Shown in pieces: positions 11,966 through 22,989 of a DNA stretch of 64,000 nucleotides (within the stretch, counting starts at the first letter, position 1; each line of letters opens with the position of its first letter). The notes below the pieces were generated by a model. The model searched no databases, was not told the origin of the DNA, and saw only the letters and a list, made by a program, of their open reading frames with translations. This DNA is from Candidatus Multivorans sp. (GTDB lineage Bacteria > Acidobacteriota > Thermoanaerobaculia > Multivoradales > Multivoraceae), in assembly GCA_965224025.1 (NCBI GenBank), contig OZ245033.1, positions 418,763 through 482,762 on the forward strand. The letters are read 5' to 3'. The position numbers and the translations under genes were made by a program.

Positions 11966-12243
11966 CGCTCGAAGTGACACCCCGACGGTTGCAGAACAGA
12001 GGCTGCTCCCATCGCGGCGTATCTCTGGGTGCGCGGACCCTCTAACCCGCTGCCGCCGAAGGCGGCCAGAAACACGCGCGAGGCGTCAGCCTCGCTCCTT
12101 GCCCAACGCTCGAAGTGACGCAACAACGGCTGCAGAAGAGAGGCGCGCTCCCATCGCGGCGTATCTCTGGGTGCGCGGACCCTCGAGTCCGCTGCCGCCG
12201 CAAGGCGGCCAGGAACACGCGCGAGGCGTCAGCCTCGCTCCTT
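11966..12243. repeat. Tandem duplication (2 x ~137 bp) of a REP-A-derived unit
   Basis: Unit 1 (~11966-12100) and unit 2 (~12107-12243) share CTCGAAGTGAC..ACGG(T/C)TGCAGAA.AGAGGC..CTCCCATCGCGGCGTATCTCTGGGTGCGCGGACCCTC..CCGCTGCCGCCG.AAGGCGGCCAG.AACACGCGCGAGGCGTCAGCCTCGCTCCTT. Confidence 0.85.
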
Positions 12244-12247
12244 CACC

Positions 12248-14824
12248 TCACCAGCGGTAGTTCAACCGCACGTAGTAATACCCGCCGCTCAGGCCCCACG
12301 GCGTGACCGGGCTGTACCTGGAACCCACGACGTCGACCAGCGGCGCCGGCGCGGACGCCAGCACATCGAACATGTTCTGCGCGCCGATAGCCAGGCTCGT
12401 GTCGGCGGCGACCGGGATGCTGGCCTCGAAGTCGAAGATGAAGGCCGTGTCCTGGACCGGCGGCGCGGGGTCTACCCACAACCGCGTGTAGTAGTAGTCG
12501 ATCCAGGAGCCGTAGTAGCTGAGCCGGCCGAGAAGATCGACCGGCCCCACCTGCTGGCCGACCGCGACGTTCCAGCGCAGACGGGGCACGCCGCGCTCGA
12601 TCGCCACGATGTCCGCGGCGCTCAACAGATCGGACTCCTTCGTTACCTCGGTGTCCGTGTAGTTCAGGGTGAAGCTGAACTCGGTGTCGCCGCCGAGGGC
12701 GATCGGAATCCAGGTCGAGACGAGGTCGATGCCCCGGGTGCGGGTCGAGAAGTCGTTGATGAAGAAGCGGAAGAACGACAGGTTCCGCGCCGACGTGATG
12801 CCCTGCGACAGGAGCAGCTCGCGCTCGTCGTCGGTCAGCGTGATGACCTGCGACAGCGACAGCCGGTCGTCGATGTCGACGTTGAAGAAGTCCGCCGTCA
12901 GCGTGAACGGTCCGGTGTCGATCACCAGGCCGGCCGTCGCGTGGACCGACTGCTCGGGTTCGAGCGGCTTGCCGCCGCGCAGCTCCGCCGCAACGAAGGT
13001 CGACGGCACGGTGGCGCTATCGACGAGTTCCAGGGTCACCGGATCGATCGTCGTCTGCACGTTGAGCGCGTTCTGCTGCCCGGGCGTCGGTGCGCGGAAG
13101 CCGGTGCTGACCCCTCCGCGTATCGCGGCGGTGTCGCTCAGCGCGCGCCGGAACGACAGCTTGCCGTTCGTCGTGTTGCCGAAGACGTCGTAGTCCTCGA
13201 CCCTGACGGCGGCGCCCAGGCCCCACCGGTCGTCTTCTCCGTGCAGCTCGACGTCGCCGTAGACGGCGACGTTGTCGCGGCTCCACGTCCCGGCCGTGTA
13301 GTCGGGGAAACCGGGGAAACCGTTCGAGGCGGGAATGAAGCCCTGCTCCGCGTAGGGGCCGACATCCCAGGACGGCCGCCCTCCGGCGCCGATCGTGAAG
13401 CTCTCGTCCCGCCACTCGGCGCCGGCCGCCACGCTGACCCGGTGGGAGACGGAGTACGAGATGTCGAAGTTCAGGTTGACGTCTTCCTGCTCGTAGAGAC
13501 CGGGGTCGAAGTCGCGCGGCGTGTCCGGGCCGAGCGACGCGTTCACGGTGTTCCGGAAGAAGAAGTCGGACTCGTGCGAGCCGAAGCTCGCGGAGAGGTC
13601 CCAGGCGAAGCCGCTGTCGAACTCCTTCCGAAGCCCCGCGACGATCGAGCTGTCGCTCACGATGCCGCCGAACTGCGGGGTGAAGCCGCCCGGAGCGATC
13701 TCCTGGAAGGAGAAGCAGTTCGGGTCGGCGAACACCTGGGCGAGGGCGTCCGGGTCGGGCACGTTGCCCGTCACCGTGACCACGGGACAGTTCGCCGAGC
13801 CGGCGCCCTGGGCCCGGAGGACGTCCCCGATCAGCAGCGTCTGGCCGCCGTCGAGGCTGTAGATGCTCTGGCGGGAGTTCGGATTCCGGAAGAAGAAGCC
13901 CTCGGTCATCGTCTTCTCGGCGTAGTTCGCGAAGCCGTAGAATTCGAGGCCGCCGTCGGAACGGCTGCCGATGTTGGCGAACAGCTTCACGTCGTCGTCG
14001 ATCGCCGGGTTGCCCCAGATCTGCGCCGGCTGGGCGACGTTGTGGTTGCCGGCGGCGATCAGCGCGGCCGCGTCCCGGCGCTGGACGCTGCGGTTGGTCG
14101 GGTCGGCGCCGCCGTACTCGAAGCTCAAGTTGGCGAAGCCGTTCGCGCCCATCGGCAGGCCGAAGTTGCCGGCGACGCTGTAGCCGGCGCCGTCACCACG
14201 GATGTAGCTGCCGCTGTTCAGCTCGATGGCGCCCCCGAAGGCGTCGTCCTTGAGCAGGAAGTTGATGACGCCCGCGATCGCGTCCGAGCCGTACTGCGCC
14301 GACGCACCGTCCCGCAGCACCTCGATCCCGCGCAGGGCAATCGCCGGGATGGTCGAGATGTCGGGTCCCTGCGCGCCGTCCGTCACGCCGCCGAACCAGG
14401 CGACGACCGACGATCGGTGGCGCCGCTTGCCGTTGACCAGGATGAGCGTGTGGTCGTGCGCCAGGTTGCGCAGGCTGGACGGCCGCACCAGCGTCGCCGC
14501 GTCGCTGATCGGGTGGGTCGCGACGTTGAAGGAGGGGATCAGGTTCCGCAACTGGTAGTCGAGCGTCGTGGCGCCCTGACGCACGATGTCCTCGACGGGA
14601 ATCGCGTCGATGGGGACCTGGGATTCGGTCACCGAACGCGGGTGCGCGCGGCTGCCGAGGACGACGATCCGTTCCTCGAAGTGAGCGTGCTCTTCGGCCT
14701 CCTCAGCGGCCTCGGACTCGTGGTCGTGGTCCTCCTCCTGGGCCGCCGCGGCGGCCGGCGCGAGCAGGATGAAGGCCGCGACGGCAGCCGCGGCCAGCGG
14801 GAGAGGTCTCGTCGTCCAGGTCAT
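12248..14824 (-). CDS. TonB-dependent receptor with an acidic His-rich N-terminal extension
   Basis: ATG 14824 follows AAAAGGAG and gives MTWTTRPLPLAAAAVAAFILLAPAAAAAQ, then EEDHDHESEAAEEAEEHAHFEE. A plug region (IVVLGSR, LRNLAHDHTLILVNGKRRH) follows, and the C-terminus is YYYVRLNYRW. The upstream part of track ORF 12248..15127 is read-through. Confidence 0.9.
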   Translation of the reverse strand: MTWTTRPLPLAAAAVAAFILLAPAAAAAQEEDHDHESEAAEEAEEHAHFEERIVVLGSRAHPRSVTESQVPIDAIPVEDIVRQGATTLDYQLRNLIPSFNVATHPISDAATLVRPSSLRNLAHDHTLILVNGKRRHRSSVVAWFGGVTDGAQGPDISTIPAIALRGIEVLRDGASAQYGSDAIAGVINFLLKDDAFGGAIELNSGSYIRGDGAGYSVAGNFGLPMGANGFANLSFEYGGADPTNRSVQRRDAAALIAAGNHNVAQPAQIWGNPAIDDDVKLFANIGSRSDGGLEFYGFANYAEKTMTEGFFFRNPNSRQSIYSLDGGQTLLIGDVLRAQGAGSANCPVVTVTGNVPDPDALAQVFADPNCFSFQEIAPGGFTPQFGGIVSDSSIVAGLRKEFDSGFAWDLSASFGSHESDFFFRNTVNASLGPDTPRDFDPGLYEQEDVNLNFDISYSVSHRVSVAAGAEWRDESFTIGAGGRPSWDVGPYAEQGFIPASNGFPGFPDYTAGTWSRDNVAVYGDVELHGEDDRWGLGAAVRVEDYDVFGNTTNGKLSFRRALSDTAAIRGGVSTGFRAPTPGQQNALNVQTTIDPVTLELVDSATVPSTFVAAELRGGKPLEPEQSVHATAGLVIDTGPFTLTADFFNVDIDDRLSLSQVITLTDDERELLLSQGITSARNLSFFRFFINDFSTRTRGIDLVSTWIPIALGGDTEFSFTLNYTDTEVTKESDLLSAADIVAIERGVPRLRWNVAVGQQVGPVDLLGRLSYYGSWIDYYYTRLWVDPAPPVQDTAFIFDFEASIPVAADTSLAIGAQNMFDVLASAPAPLVDVVGSRYSPVTPWGLSGGYYYVRLNYRW

Positions 14825-14975
14825 GGATGCGCTCCTTTTCGCATTCACGATGGCCGCGTTGCCGCGCAAACCTGCAACTTGCGGGGGCTTGCCAATCGAC
14901 CGGGCAGGTACGGCTATCCGATCAGGTTCGCGGGATACTACAGGGAGAACTGCCGTCCTGCGATAGTTTGCGTAG

Positions 14976-16454
14976 GTGCGCCGAGCTTTGCGCATCGTCC
15001 GTCGTGGCCGGGTCACGAGCCTGGAGGGGTTCGCACCCACCGAGACGCTGCTGGAGCATCTTCGCCTCCGCGAAGGAGCCATGGGCACCAAGGAGGGCTG
15101 CGCCGAAGGGGACTGCGGCGCCTGCACCGTTGCTGTCGGCCGCCTCCGCGACGGGCGCGTGGTCTACGAGCCGACGAACAGTTGCATCCAACTCCTTGGC
15201 TCCCTGGACGGGGCCGAAGTGGTCGCCGTCGACGACCTCGCGCCTCGCGCTTCGGAGCTTCACCCGGTGCAGCGAGCGCTCGTCGACCACCACGCTTCCC
15301 AGTGCGGGTTCTGCACGCCCGGCTTCGTCATGACCCTGTTCGCTCTCTACCACGCGAACCAGCATCCAGACCGCGCCGCGGTGAACGAGTGGCTCGCCGG
15401 CAACCTGTGCCGGTGCACCGGCTACCGTCCGATCGCCGACGCGGCTCTCGCCTCCTGCGGCGGCACGCCCCGGGACGAGTTCGCGCGAAACGCGGCTCGC
15501 ACGGCGGAGCAGCTCGACGCACTCGACGACGGTCAGGACCTCTTCGTTGGCAACGACGAGACGTTCTTCGCGGCGCCGGCCTCCGAGGACAGCCTCGCCG
15601 ACCTCTGCGCCCGACACCCTGATGCCGTGATCACGGGCGGCGCGACGGATGTCGGTCTATGGATCACGAAGGAACTGCGTCACCTGGCCCGGATCATTCA
15701 CACCGGGCGCGTCCCCTCCCTCCGCGCCGTCCGCGAAGAGCGCGACCGGGTGGAGCTTGGCGCAGCGGCGACGTACACCGAAGCGGAAGCGGCGCTCTCC
15801 GGCATCGACCCGGATGTCGGCGAAGTTCTCCAGCGCCTGGGTTCGAAGCAGGTACGGGCGGTCGGCACGGTCGGCGGCAACATTGCGAACGGCTCGCCGA
15901 TCGGCGACATGCCCCCGGTTCTGATCGCACTCGGGGCTTCCATCGAGCTCCGCCTTGGTGAACGTCGCCGGACTCTGCCGCTCGAGGAGTTCTTCCTCGA
16001 CTACGGCGTTCAGGACCGCGAACCCGGTGAAGTCCTGACTCGCATACGAGTTCCCCGCCTCGGCCCGGACGAGCGTTTCCGCGGCTACAAGATCTCGAAG
16101 CGCTACGACCAGGACATCTCGTCCGTGCTCGGGGCGTTCCGGTTTCACGCGGTCGGCGGACGCATCGTCTCCGCGAGGATGGCGTGGGGCGGCATGGCCG
16201 CGACACCCAGGCGCTCCCCGCGGACCGAAGAGGCCGTCATCGCGCTCAACCTGGACGACGCATCACTCCGTGACGCGGAGGAGGCGCTCCGCGCCGCGCT
16301 GGCCGCCGACTTCTCGCCGATCGACGATCATCGGGCAAGCGCCCGCTACCGGCTGCGGGTCGCCGGCGCCCTGGTCCTCAAGGCGCTTCGCGAGATCGCG
16401 GGCAGTCCGAGCTGGGAGACCCGAGTCCGCGGCCGCAGACAGGACGCGGCCTGA
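14976..16454 (+). CDS. xdhA: Xanthine dehydrogenase small subunit (2Fe-2S and FAD-binding)
   Basis: GTG start. Fe-S motifs CAEGDCGACTV and CGFCTPGF..CRCTGYRPI are present, followed by an FAD-binding domain (TVGGNIANGSPIGD). Confidence 0.9.
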   Translation: MRRALRIVRRGRVTSLEGFAPTETLLEHLRLREGAMGTKEGCAEGDCGACTVAVGRLRDGRVVYEPTNSCIQLLGSLDGAEVVAVDDLAPRASELHPVQRALVDHHASQCGFCTPGFVMTLFALYHANQHPDRAAVNEWLAGNLCRCTGYRPIADAALASCGGTPRDEFARNAARTAEQLDALDDGQDLFVGNDETFFAAPASEDSLADLCARHPDAVITGGATDVGLWITKELRHLARIIHTGRVPSLRAVREERDRVELGAAATYTEAEAALSGIDPDVGEVLQRLGSKQVRAVGTVGGNIANGSPIGDMPPVLIALGASIELRLGERRRTLPLEEFFLDYGVQDREPGEVLTRIRVPRLGPDERFRGYKISKRYDQDISSVLGAFRFHAVGGRIVSARMAWGGMAATPRRSPRTEEAVIALNLDDASLRDAEEALRAALAADFSPIDDHRASARYRLRVAGALVLKALREIAGSPSWETRVRGRRQDAA

Positions 16455-16461
16455 GAAGCCG

Positions 16462-18807
16462 ATGAAGGCAGTCGGGCAACCACTCCCCCACGACAGTGCG
16501 GTCCGGCACGTCCGGGGCACGGCGAACTACGTCGACGATCTGCCGGAGCCTCACGGCACGGTCCATGTGGCGCCCGGCGCCGCGGGCGCGGCCTGTGGCC
16601 TCATCCGCTCGCTGAACCTCTCGGCCGTGCGGTCCTTCCCGGGAGTCCTGGCGGTTCTCGAAGCGGGCGACATTCCCGGCCGAAACGACTGCAGCCCCGC
16701 GGCGGGGGATGATCCGATCCTGGCCGGAGACGCGATCCGCTTCCCCGGCGAGGTCGTCTTCGCGGTCGTGGCCGAGAGGCGCGACATCGCCCGTCGAGCC
16801 GCGAAGCGCGCCCGCATCGACGTCGAGTCCCGCCCGCCTCGAGTCGACGTCGACGACGGACTCGCCGCGGACAGCGATCTGCTGCCGCCCTACGGCTTCG
16901 AGCGCGGCGACGCGGCCGGGGCCGTCGCCGCGGCGCCGCACCACCTTGAAGGGCGTCTCCGGATCGGCGGCCAGGATCACTTCTACCTGGAGGGCCAGGT
17001 CGCGCTCGCGGTGCCCGGCGAGGACGACGAGATCCGGGTCTTCTCCTCCACCCAGCACCCAGCCGAGGTCCAGGGGCTGGTCGCGGGCATGCTGGACATC
17101 CCCGACGCGGCCGTCGTCTGCGAGTGCCGCCGCATGGGCGGCGCCTTCGGCGGCAAGGAGTCGCAGGCCGCTCAGTGGGCCTGCCTGGCGGCCCTCGCCG
17201 CCCGGAAGGTCGGCCGCCCGGCAAAGCTCCGGCTCGACCGCGACGACGACATGGCGATGACGGGCAAGCGTCACGACTTCCGGGGGGACTATCGCTGCGG
17301 CCTGGACGCTTCCGGCGTCCTGACGGGAATCGAGATCGACCTGGCGGCCCGTTGCGGTTGCTCGGCGGACCTGTCGACCGGCGTTTGCGACCGAGCGACG
17401 TTCCACGCCGACAACGCGTACTACTACCCCGCCGCGACAATCCAAACGCGCCGCCTGCAAACGGACACGGTCTCCAACACCGCGTTCCGGGGATTCGGCG
17501 GACCCCAGGGGATGATCGTCGCCGAGCGGGCGATGGACGCCGCGGCAATCACTCTGGGGCTCGATCCGCTCCTGGTGCGCAAACGGAACCTCTACCGTCC
17601 GGGCCGGGACACGACGCCCTACGGCATGACGGTGGAAGAGCACGTACTCCCGGACATCGTGGAGACGCTGGAGCAGACCAGCGACTACGCGGCCCGGCGG
17701 GAGACCGCGGCGCGCTTCAATCTTCTGGGAGGTCCCCTGCGCAAGGGGATCGCGCTGACTCCGGTCAAGTTCGGGATCGCGTACACGCTGCTGCCCCTGA
17801 ATCAGGCCGGCGCCCTCGTCCACGTCTTCGTGGACGGCTCGGTTCAGGTCAACCACGGAGGCACCGAAATGGGCCAGGGGCTCTACATCAAGGTCGCCCA
17901 GGTGGTCGCCGAGGAGCTGGGAGTCGACATCGACAAGGTGCACATCACCGCGACGCGAACGGACAAGGTGCCGAACGCCCCGGCCACCGCGGCGTCGTCC
18001 GGCTCGGACCTGAACGGCATGGCGGCGCGGCTGGCCGCCGGCAAGATTCGCCGGCGGCTCGCGGAACTCGCCGCCCGGCACTTCAGCGTCGAGCCGGACG
18101 CCATCTCCTTCGCGAACGGACGAGTCGGCGTCGCGAGCGGCGACGGCGAACGCCGCGACACGATTCCTTTCGGGGAACTCGCGGCAACCGCCTTCCAGCA
18201 ACGCGTGTCGCTGTCGGCTACCGGCTTCTTCCGCACGCCGAAGATCGGCTGGAACCGGGACCGGCGCAGCGGACGGCCGTTCCTCTACTTCGCCTGCGGC
18301 GCCGCCTGCAGCGAAGTCACCGTAGACACGGAAACGGGTGAGATCCGACTCGACCGGGTGGACATCCTGCACGACACCGGGAACTCGCTGAATCCGGCGA
18401 TCGACATCGGCCAGATCGAAGGCGGCTTCGTCCAGGGTCTGGGATGGCTCACCACCGAGGAGCTGGTGTTCGATCCGTCGGGACGGCTGCTGACCCACGC
18501 GCCGTCGACCTACAAGATCCCCACCTGTTCGGACGTTCCAGACTACTTCCGCGTGGATCTCTACGAGTCGGGCGGCAACACGGAGCCCACGATCTACCGG
18601 TCGAAGGCGGTCGGCGAACCCCCGCTCATGCTCGCGCTCTCGGCGTTCTCGGCCATCACCCACGCGGTGGCCAGTCTGGCCCCGGGCAGGGTGCCGACGC
18701 TCGACGCGCCGGCCACGCCGGAAGCCATCCTGCGCGCCGCGGACGCGCTGCGGCGCGAACACCGTCCGGCGCCCGCGCTGGCGGTTGAGGCGCCGGTCGC
18801 GAGCTGA
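16462..18807 (+). CDS. xdhB: Xanthine dehydrogenase large (molybdopterin-binding) subunit
   Basis: ATG 16462 lies 8 nt after the xdhA stop and gives MKAVGQPLPHDSAVRHVRGTANYVDDLP. Also shows GGAFGGKE, FRGFGGPQG and the GEPPL motif AVGEPPLMLA. Confidence 0.9.
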   Translation: MKAVGQPLPHDSAVRHVRGTANYVDDLPEPHGTVHVAPGAAGAACGLIRSLNLSAVRSFPGVLAVLEAGDIPGRNDCSPAAGDDPILAGDAIRFPGEVVFAVVAERRDIARRAAKRARIDVESRPPRVDVDDGLAADSDLLPPYGFERGDAAGAVAAAPHHLEGRLRIGGQDHFYLEGQVALAVPGEDDEIRVFSSTQHPAEVQGLVAGMLDIPDAAVVCECRRMGGAFGGKESQAAQWACLAALAARKVGRPAKLRLDRDDDMAMTGKRHDFRGDYRCGLDASGVLTGIEIDLAARCGCSADLSTGVCDRATFHADNAYYYPAATIQTRRLQTDTVSNTAFRGFGGPQGMIVAERAMDAAAITLGLDPLLVRKRNLYRPGRDTTPYGMTVEEHVLPDIVETLEQTSDYAARRETAARFNLLGGPLRKGIALTPVKFGIAYTLLPLNQAGALVHVFVDGSVQVNHGGTEMGQGLYIKVAQVVAEELGVDIDKVHITATRTDKVPNAPATAASSGSDLNGMAARLAAGKIRRRLAELAARHFSVEPDAISFANGRVGVASGDGERRDTIPFGELAATAFQQRVSLSATGFFRTPKIGWNRDRRSGRPFLYFACGAACSEVTVDTETGEIRLDRVDILHDTGNSLNPAIDIGQIEGGFVQGLGWLTTEELVFDPSGRLLTHAPSTYKIPTCSDVPDYFRVDLYESGGNTEPTIYRSKAVGEPPLMLALSAFSAITHAVASLAPGRVPTLDAPATPEAILRAADALRREHRPAPALAVEAPVAS

Positions 18808-18811
18808 CTCC

Positions 18812-19756
18812 ATGCGCCGCGTCTGGCCCGAAGTCGCCAGCCTCCTGGAGGCGCATGGCACGTGCGCCCTGGTCACGGTCGTAAACGTGCGCGGCTCCAC
18901 ACCGCGCGAGGCCGGGGCCCGCATGGTCATCGGACCGGGCGACACCGGCTTCTCCGGCACGATCGGCGGCGGCGAGCTCGAATGGCGGGTGCTCCAGGCG
19001 GCGCGGCAGGCGCTGGCCGCGGGTGCGCAGTCTGCCGCCCTCGACCGCTACTCCCTCGGGCCCGAACTCGCCCAGTGCTGCGGCGGCAGCGTCGAGGTGC
19101 TGTCCGAGGTCCTGGTGACGGAGCAGCTCGACGCCGTCCGCGCGCTCGCGGCGCGGGAGCGGGCCGGTCCGTTCACGGTCCGCGCCCGGATCGGACGACG
19201 AGCGGTGGACCGGACCCCTGCCGAGGATGGAGACGAGGGTGCCGGCGAGGCGGGAACGGACGGAAGAGTCGAAGTCGTGGAGCGCTTCGGCGACCGGCCG
19301 CAGGAGGTCTGGCTGTTCGGCGCCGGCCACGTCGGCCGGGCCCTCATGCTCGCCCTGGCTCCTCTCCCGTTCGCCGTCACCTGGATCGACGAGCGCTCTG
19401 ACGCGTTCCCACCCGTCCTGCCTCAGCCCATCCGGACCATCGAGAGCCCGGACACGGCGGCCGAGCTGGCCGCCGCCCCTTCGGGCGCCGCCATCGTCGT
19501 GATGACCCACAGCCACCCACTCGATCTTGCGATCGTCCATGCAGCTCTCGCGGCCCGCCGGTTCAGTTACGTCGGGCTCATCGGTTCCACCAGCAAGCGC
19601 GCCCGCTTCGTGCAGCGGCTGCGGAGCGCCGGCCTGCCGGATGACCTGACCGACGCTCTCGTCTGTCCGATCGGGCTGCCCCAAATCCGGTCCAAGACGC
19701 CCGCGGCCATCGCCACCGGCGTCGCCGCCCAGCTCCTGGAACGGTTCTCCACGTGA
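18812..19756 (+). CDS. xdhC: Xanthine dehydrogenase accessory/maturation protein XdhC
   Basis: VTVVNVRGSTPREAGARMVI, GGGELEW and a Rossmann-like VWLFGAGHVGRAL. Sits directly downstream of xdhB. Confidence 0.85.
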   Translation: MRRVWPEVASLLEAHGTCALVTVVNVRGSTPREAGARMVIGPGDTGFSGTIGGGELEWRVLQAARQALAAGAQSAALDRYSLGPELAQCCGGSVEVLSEVLVTEQLDAVRALAARERAGPFTVRARIGRRAVDRTPAEDGDEGAGEAGTDGRVEVVERFGDRPQEVWLFGAGHVGRALMLALAPLPFAVTWIDERSDAFPPVLPQPIRTIESPDTAAELAAAPSGAAIVVMTHSHPLDLAIVHAALAARRFSYVGLIGSTSKRARFVQRLRSAGLPDDLTDALVCPIGLPQIRSKTPAAIATGVAAQLLERFST

Positions 19757-21080
19757 CGAAGAGCGGGCGGGTGATCCTCGGCGCGGTCCTCACCTACCGC
19801 GCCGATCCGGCGGCCGCGGGCCCGGCGGAGGCCGTCGACTTCCACCCGCGGGGCGCCGTTGCGGTCGACGGGAAGGGGCGCATCGCTTTCTGCGGGGAAG
19901 CCGCGGCATTGCCGGAGCACTACCGGCAACTGCCCAGGCACGACTATGGCGACGCGCTGGTCCTGCCCGGCTTCATCGACGCCCACGTCCACTTTCCCCA
20001 GTACCGGATGCTCGCGGCGCCCGGCCGGGATCTGCTCGACTGGCTCGACCGCTTCACCTGGCGCGAGGAACTCCGCTACTGCGACCCGGCCCACGCCGCC
20101 GAAGCGGCCGGCGTGTTCCTGGAACGGCTGGTGCAGCACGGAACCACAGCCGCGGTCGTGTTCTCGTCGGTCCACCGGCAAGCCGCCGAAGCCCTGTTCA
20201 ACGCAGCCGAAGCGCGGGGCATGGCCATCGTCACCGGCAAGACGATGATGGACCGCAACGCGCCGGCCGGCCTCCTGGATGATCCGGAAACGGGGGTCGC
20301 CGACAGTGAGACGCTCGCCGATCGGTGGCATCTCCGGGGCCGGCTTCAGTACGCGATCACGGTTCGATTCGCCATCACCTCCAGCCGCGAGCAGCTTCAG
20401 CATGCGGGCGAACTCGCGGCCGCGCGCCCCGAGCTTCTGGTGCAGTCGCACCTCGGTGAGAGCCGGGCCGAGATCGCGCGCGTTCGGGAGCTCTTTCCGG
20501 AGGCGCTCGACTACACGGACGTGTACGAGCGGGCGGGACTCCTGAGGCCCCGCACCTTCCTTGCGCACGGTGTCCACCTTGGCGAGCGGGAATGCCATCG
20601 GCTCCACGAAACCGGCACGACGGTGGTCCACTGCCCAACCGCGAACTTCTTCCTGGGCTCAGGCGTCTTCGACCGGAGCCTGATCAACCGCCCGGAACGC
20701 CCGGTTGGAATCGCGGTGGGAAGCGACGTCGGCGCCGGAACCGGTTACTCGATGCTCCACACGCTCGCCGGGGCCTACCAGGCGGCCTGCTCCGAAACGT
20801 CCATCTCGGCGCCCACGACCTCTTCCACTCCGCCACCCGAGGCAACGCCAGGCTCCTCGGTCTCGAGGAGGAGATCGGGTCTCTGGAACCCGGCCACTGG
20901 GCGGACATCGTGGTGCTCGATCCGGCGGCAACACCGGTGATGCGCGATCGCCACGCCCTTTCCGAGAACCTCGAGGACACTCTGTACGCACTCGCCCTCC
21001 TGGGCGACGACCGGGCGGTGGGGGCCGCGTTCGTCGCCGGGCGCCTCGCCTGGGACCGGGACCGGGGCGCCTGGCCCTGA
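19753..21080 (+). pseudogene. guaD: Guanine deaminase carrying a single frameshift (or an assembly indel)
   Basis: The GTG start overlaps the xdhC stop (GTGA). Amidohydrolase motifs PGFIDAHVHFPQ and HLGES are present. After ..LAGAYQ (~20785) the expected C-terminus LLRNVHLGAHDLFHSATRGNARLLGLEEEIGSLEPGHWADIVVLD continues in another frame (track ORF 20592..21080). Confidence 0.8.
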
Positions 21081-21096
21081 CGGCCCGTCGACTGGT

Positions 21097-22149
<1,053 letters not shown>

Positions 22150-22164
<15 letters not shown>

Positions 22165-22394
22165 GGCGCCGGCCAGTTCTCGAACCGCTCCGGCTCCAGC
22201 ATCTCCAGGTCGCGGTTGCCCGCGATGAGGACGCCATCGACGCCCCCGAGCAGGGCCATCGTCTCGTTCGGCTGCGGGCCCGAGAGCACTGTGTCGCCGA
22301 GAAAGACCGTCGCGTCGGCGTCCCGTTCCTTGTCGAGCACCGCCGAGAGAGCCTCGGCGTTCCCGTGTACGTCGGCGATGACCAGGATCTTCAC
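22150..22394 (-). pseudogene. N-terminal fragment of a YfcE/MJ0936-type metallophosphoesterase
   Basis: MKILVIADVHGNAEALSAVL..FLGDTVLSGPQPNE..IAGNRD. Only ~75 homologous codons remain before the ORF runs into the transporter remnant. Confidence 0.55.
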
Positions 22395-22469
22395 GTCAAG
22401 ATCCGAGGAGACTCGCGACCTGCTCCCGACGTAGCCCGGTTCAAACCAGCTTCCTGAACTCTGCCTCGG

Positions 22470-22652
22470 TCAAACCGGCGTCCTGGACGATGCGTCCCAT
22501 CGTGAACGCATTGACGGGTTGTTGCGGGGCACGGTAACGATGCGCTGACCGTCCGTCAGGACGATGTGCTTGCCTTGCCGCGCGATGCGGAAACCGACCT
22601 TCTCCAGTGCACGTACCGCCCGGAGATGATTGACCCCAGGGATCTTTGGCAT
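22470..22652 (-). pseudogene. hicA: HicA-family mRNA interferase toxin with a 3' frameshift
   Basis: LRAVRALEKVGFRIARQGKHIVLTDGQRIVTVPRNNP is HicA-like. The expected tail NPVNAFTMGRIVQDAGLTEAEFRKLV* is encoded in a shifted frame just after the AACAACCCG run (~22515). Confidence 0.7.
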
Positions 22653-22657
22653 CGCCT

Positions 22658-22855
22658 CTATACGGCGACTTCGATTTCCCGGATCTTCATACCGGCCGCG
22701 TTTTCAGCAGCCACTTCCAGGTACTCCCGGACCGCCTCAGCGATGTTGGCCAGCGCTTCCTCTTCGGTCTCACCCTGGGACACGCAGCCGGGCAGGCCCG
22801 GCACCCAGACGCTGAAGCCCTCTTCGGACTCCTGAAGCGCTACCTGGTACTTCAT
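22658..22855 (-). CDS. hicB: HicB-family antitoxin (UPF0150 fold)
   Basis: MKYQVALQESEEGFSVWVPGLPGCVSQGETEEEALANIAEAVREYLE. Ends 6 nt upstream of hicA. Confidence 0.8.
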   Translation of the reverse strand: MKYQVALQESEEGFSVWVPGLPGCVSQGETEEEALANIAEAVREYLEVAAENAAGMKIREIEVAV

Positions 22856-22989
22856 TCTCGACCTCCACGCGAACTCTCATCCGCACCCGATCCCGCGGGG
22901 CATTGCAAACCTGACCGCCAGAGCCTACTACCGCGGGGGAAGGAGCGCCGTCCGCCAGCTCGACGTACAGCGCGGGAGCGTGCTCCAGA

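Noticed and set aside
11893-12243. Possible CRISPR array
   Set aside because: The repeats are ~137 bp and directly adjacent with no unique spacers. They belong to the dispersed REP-A family, and no cas genes are present in the window.
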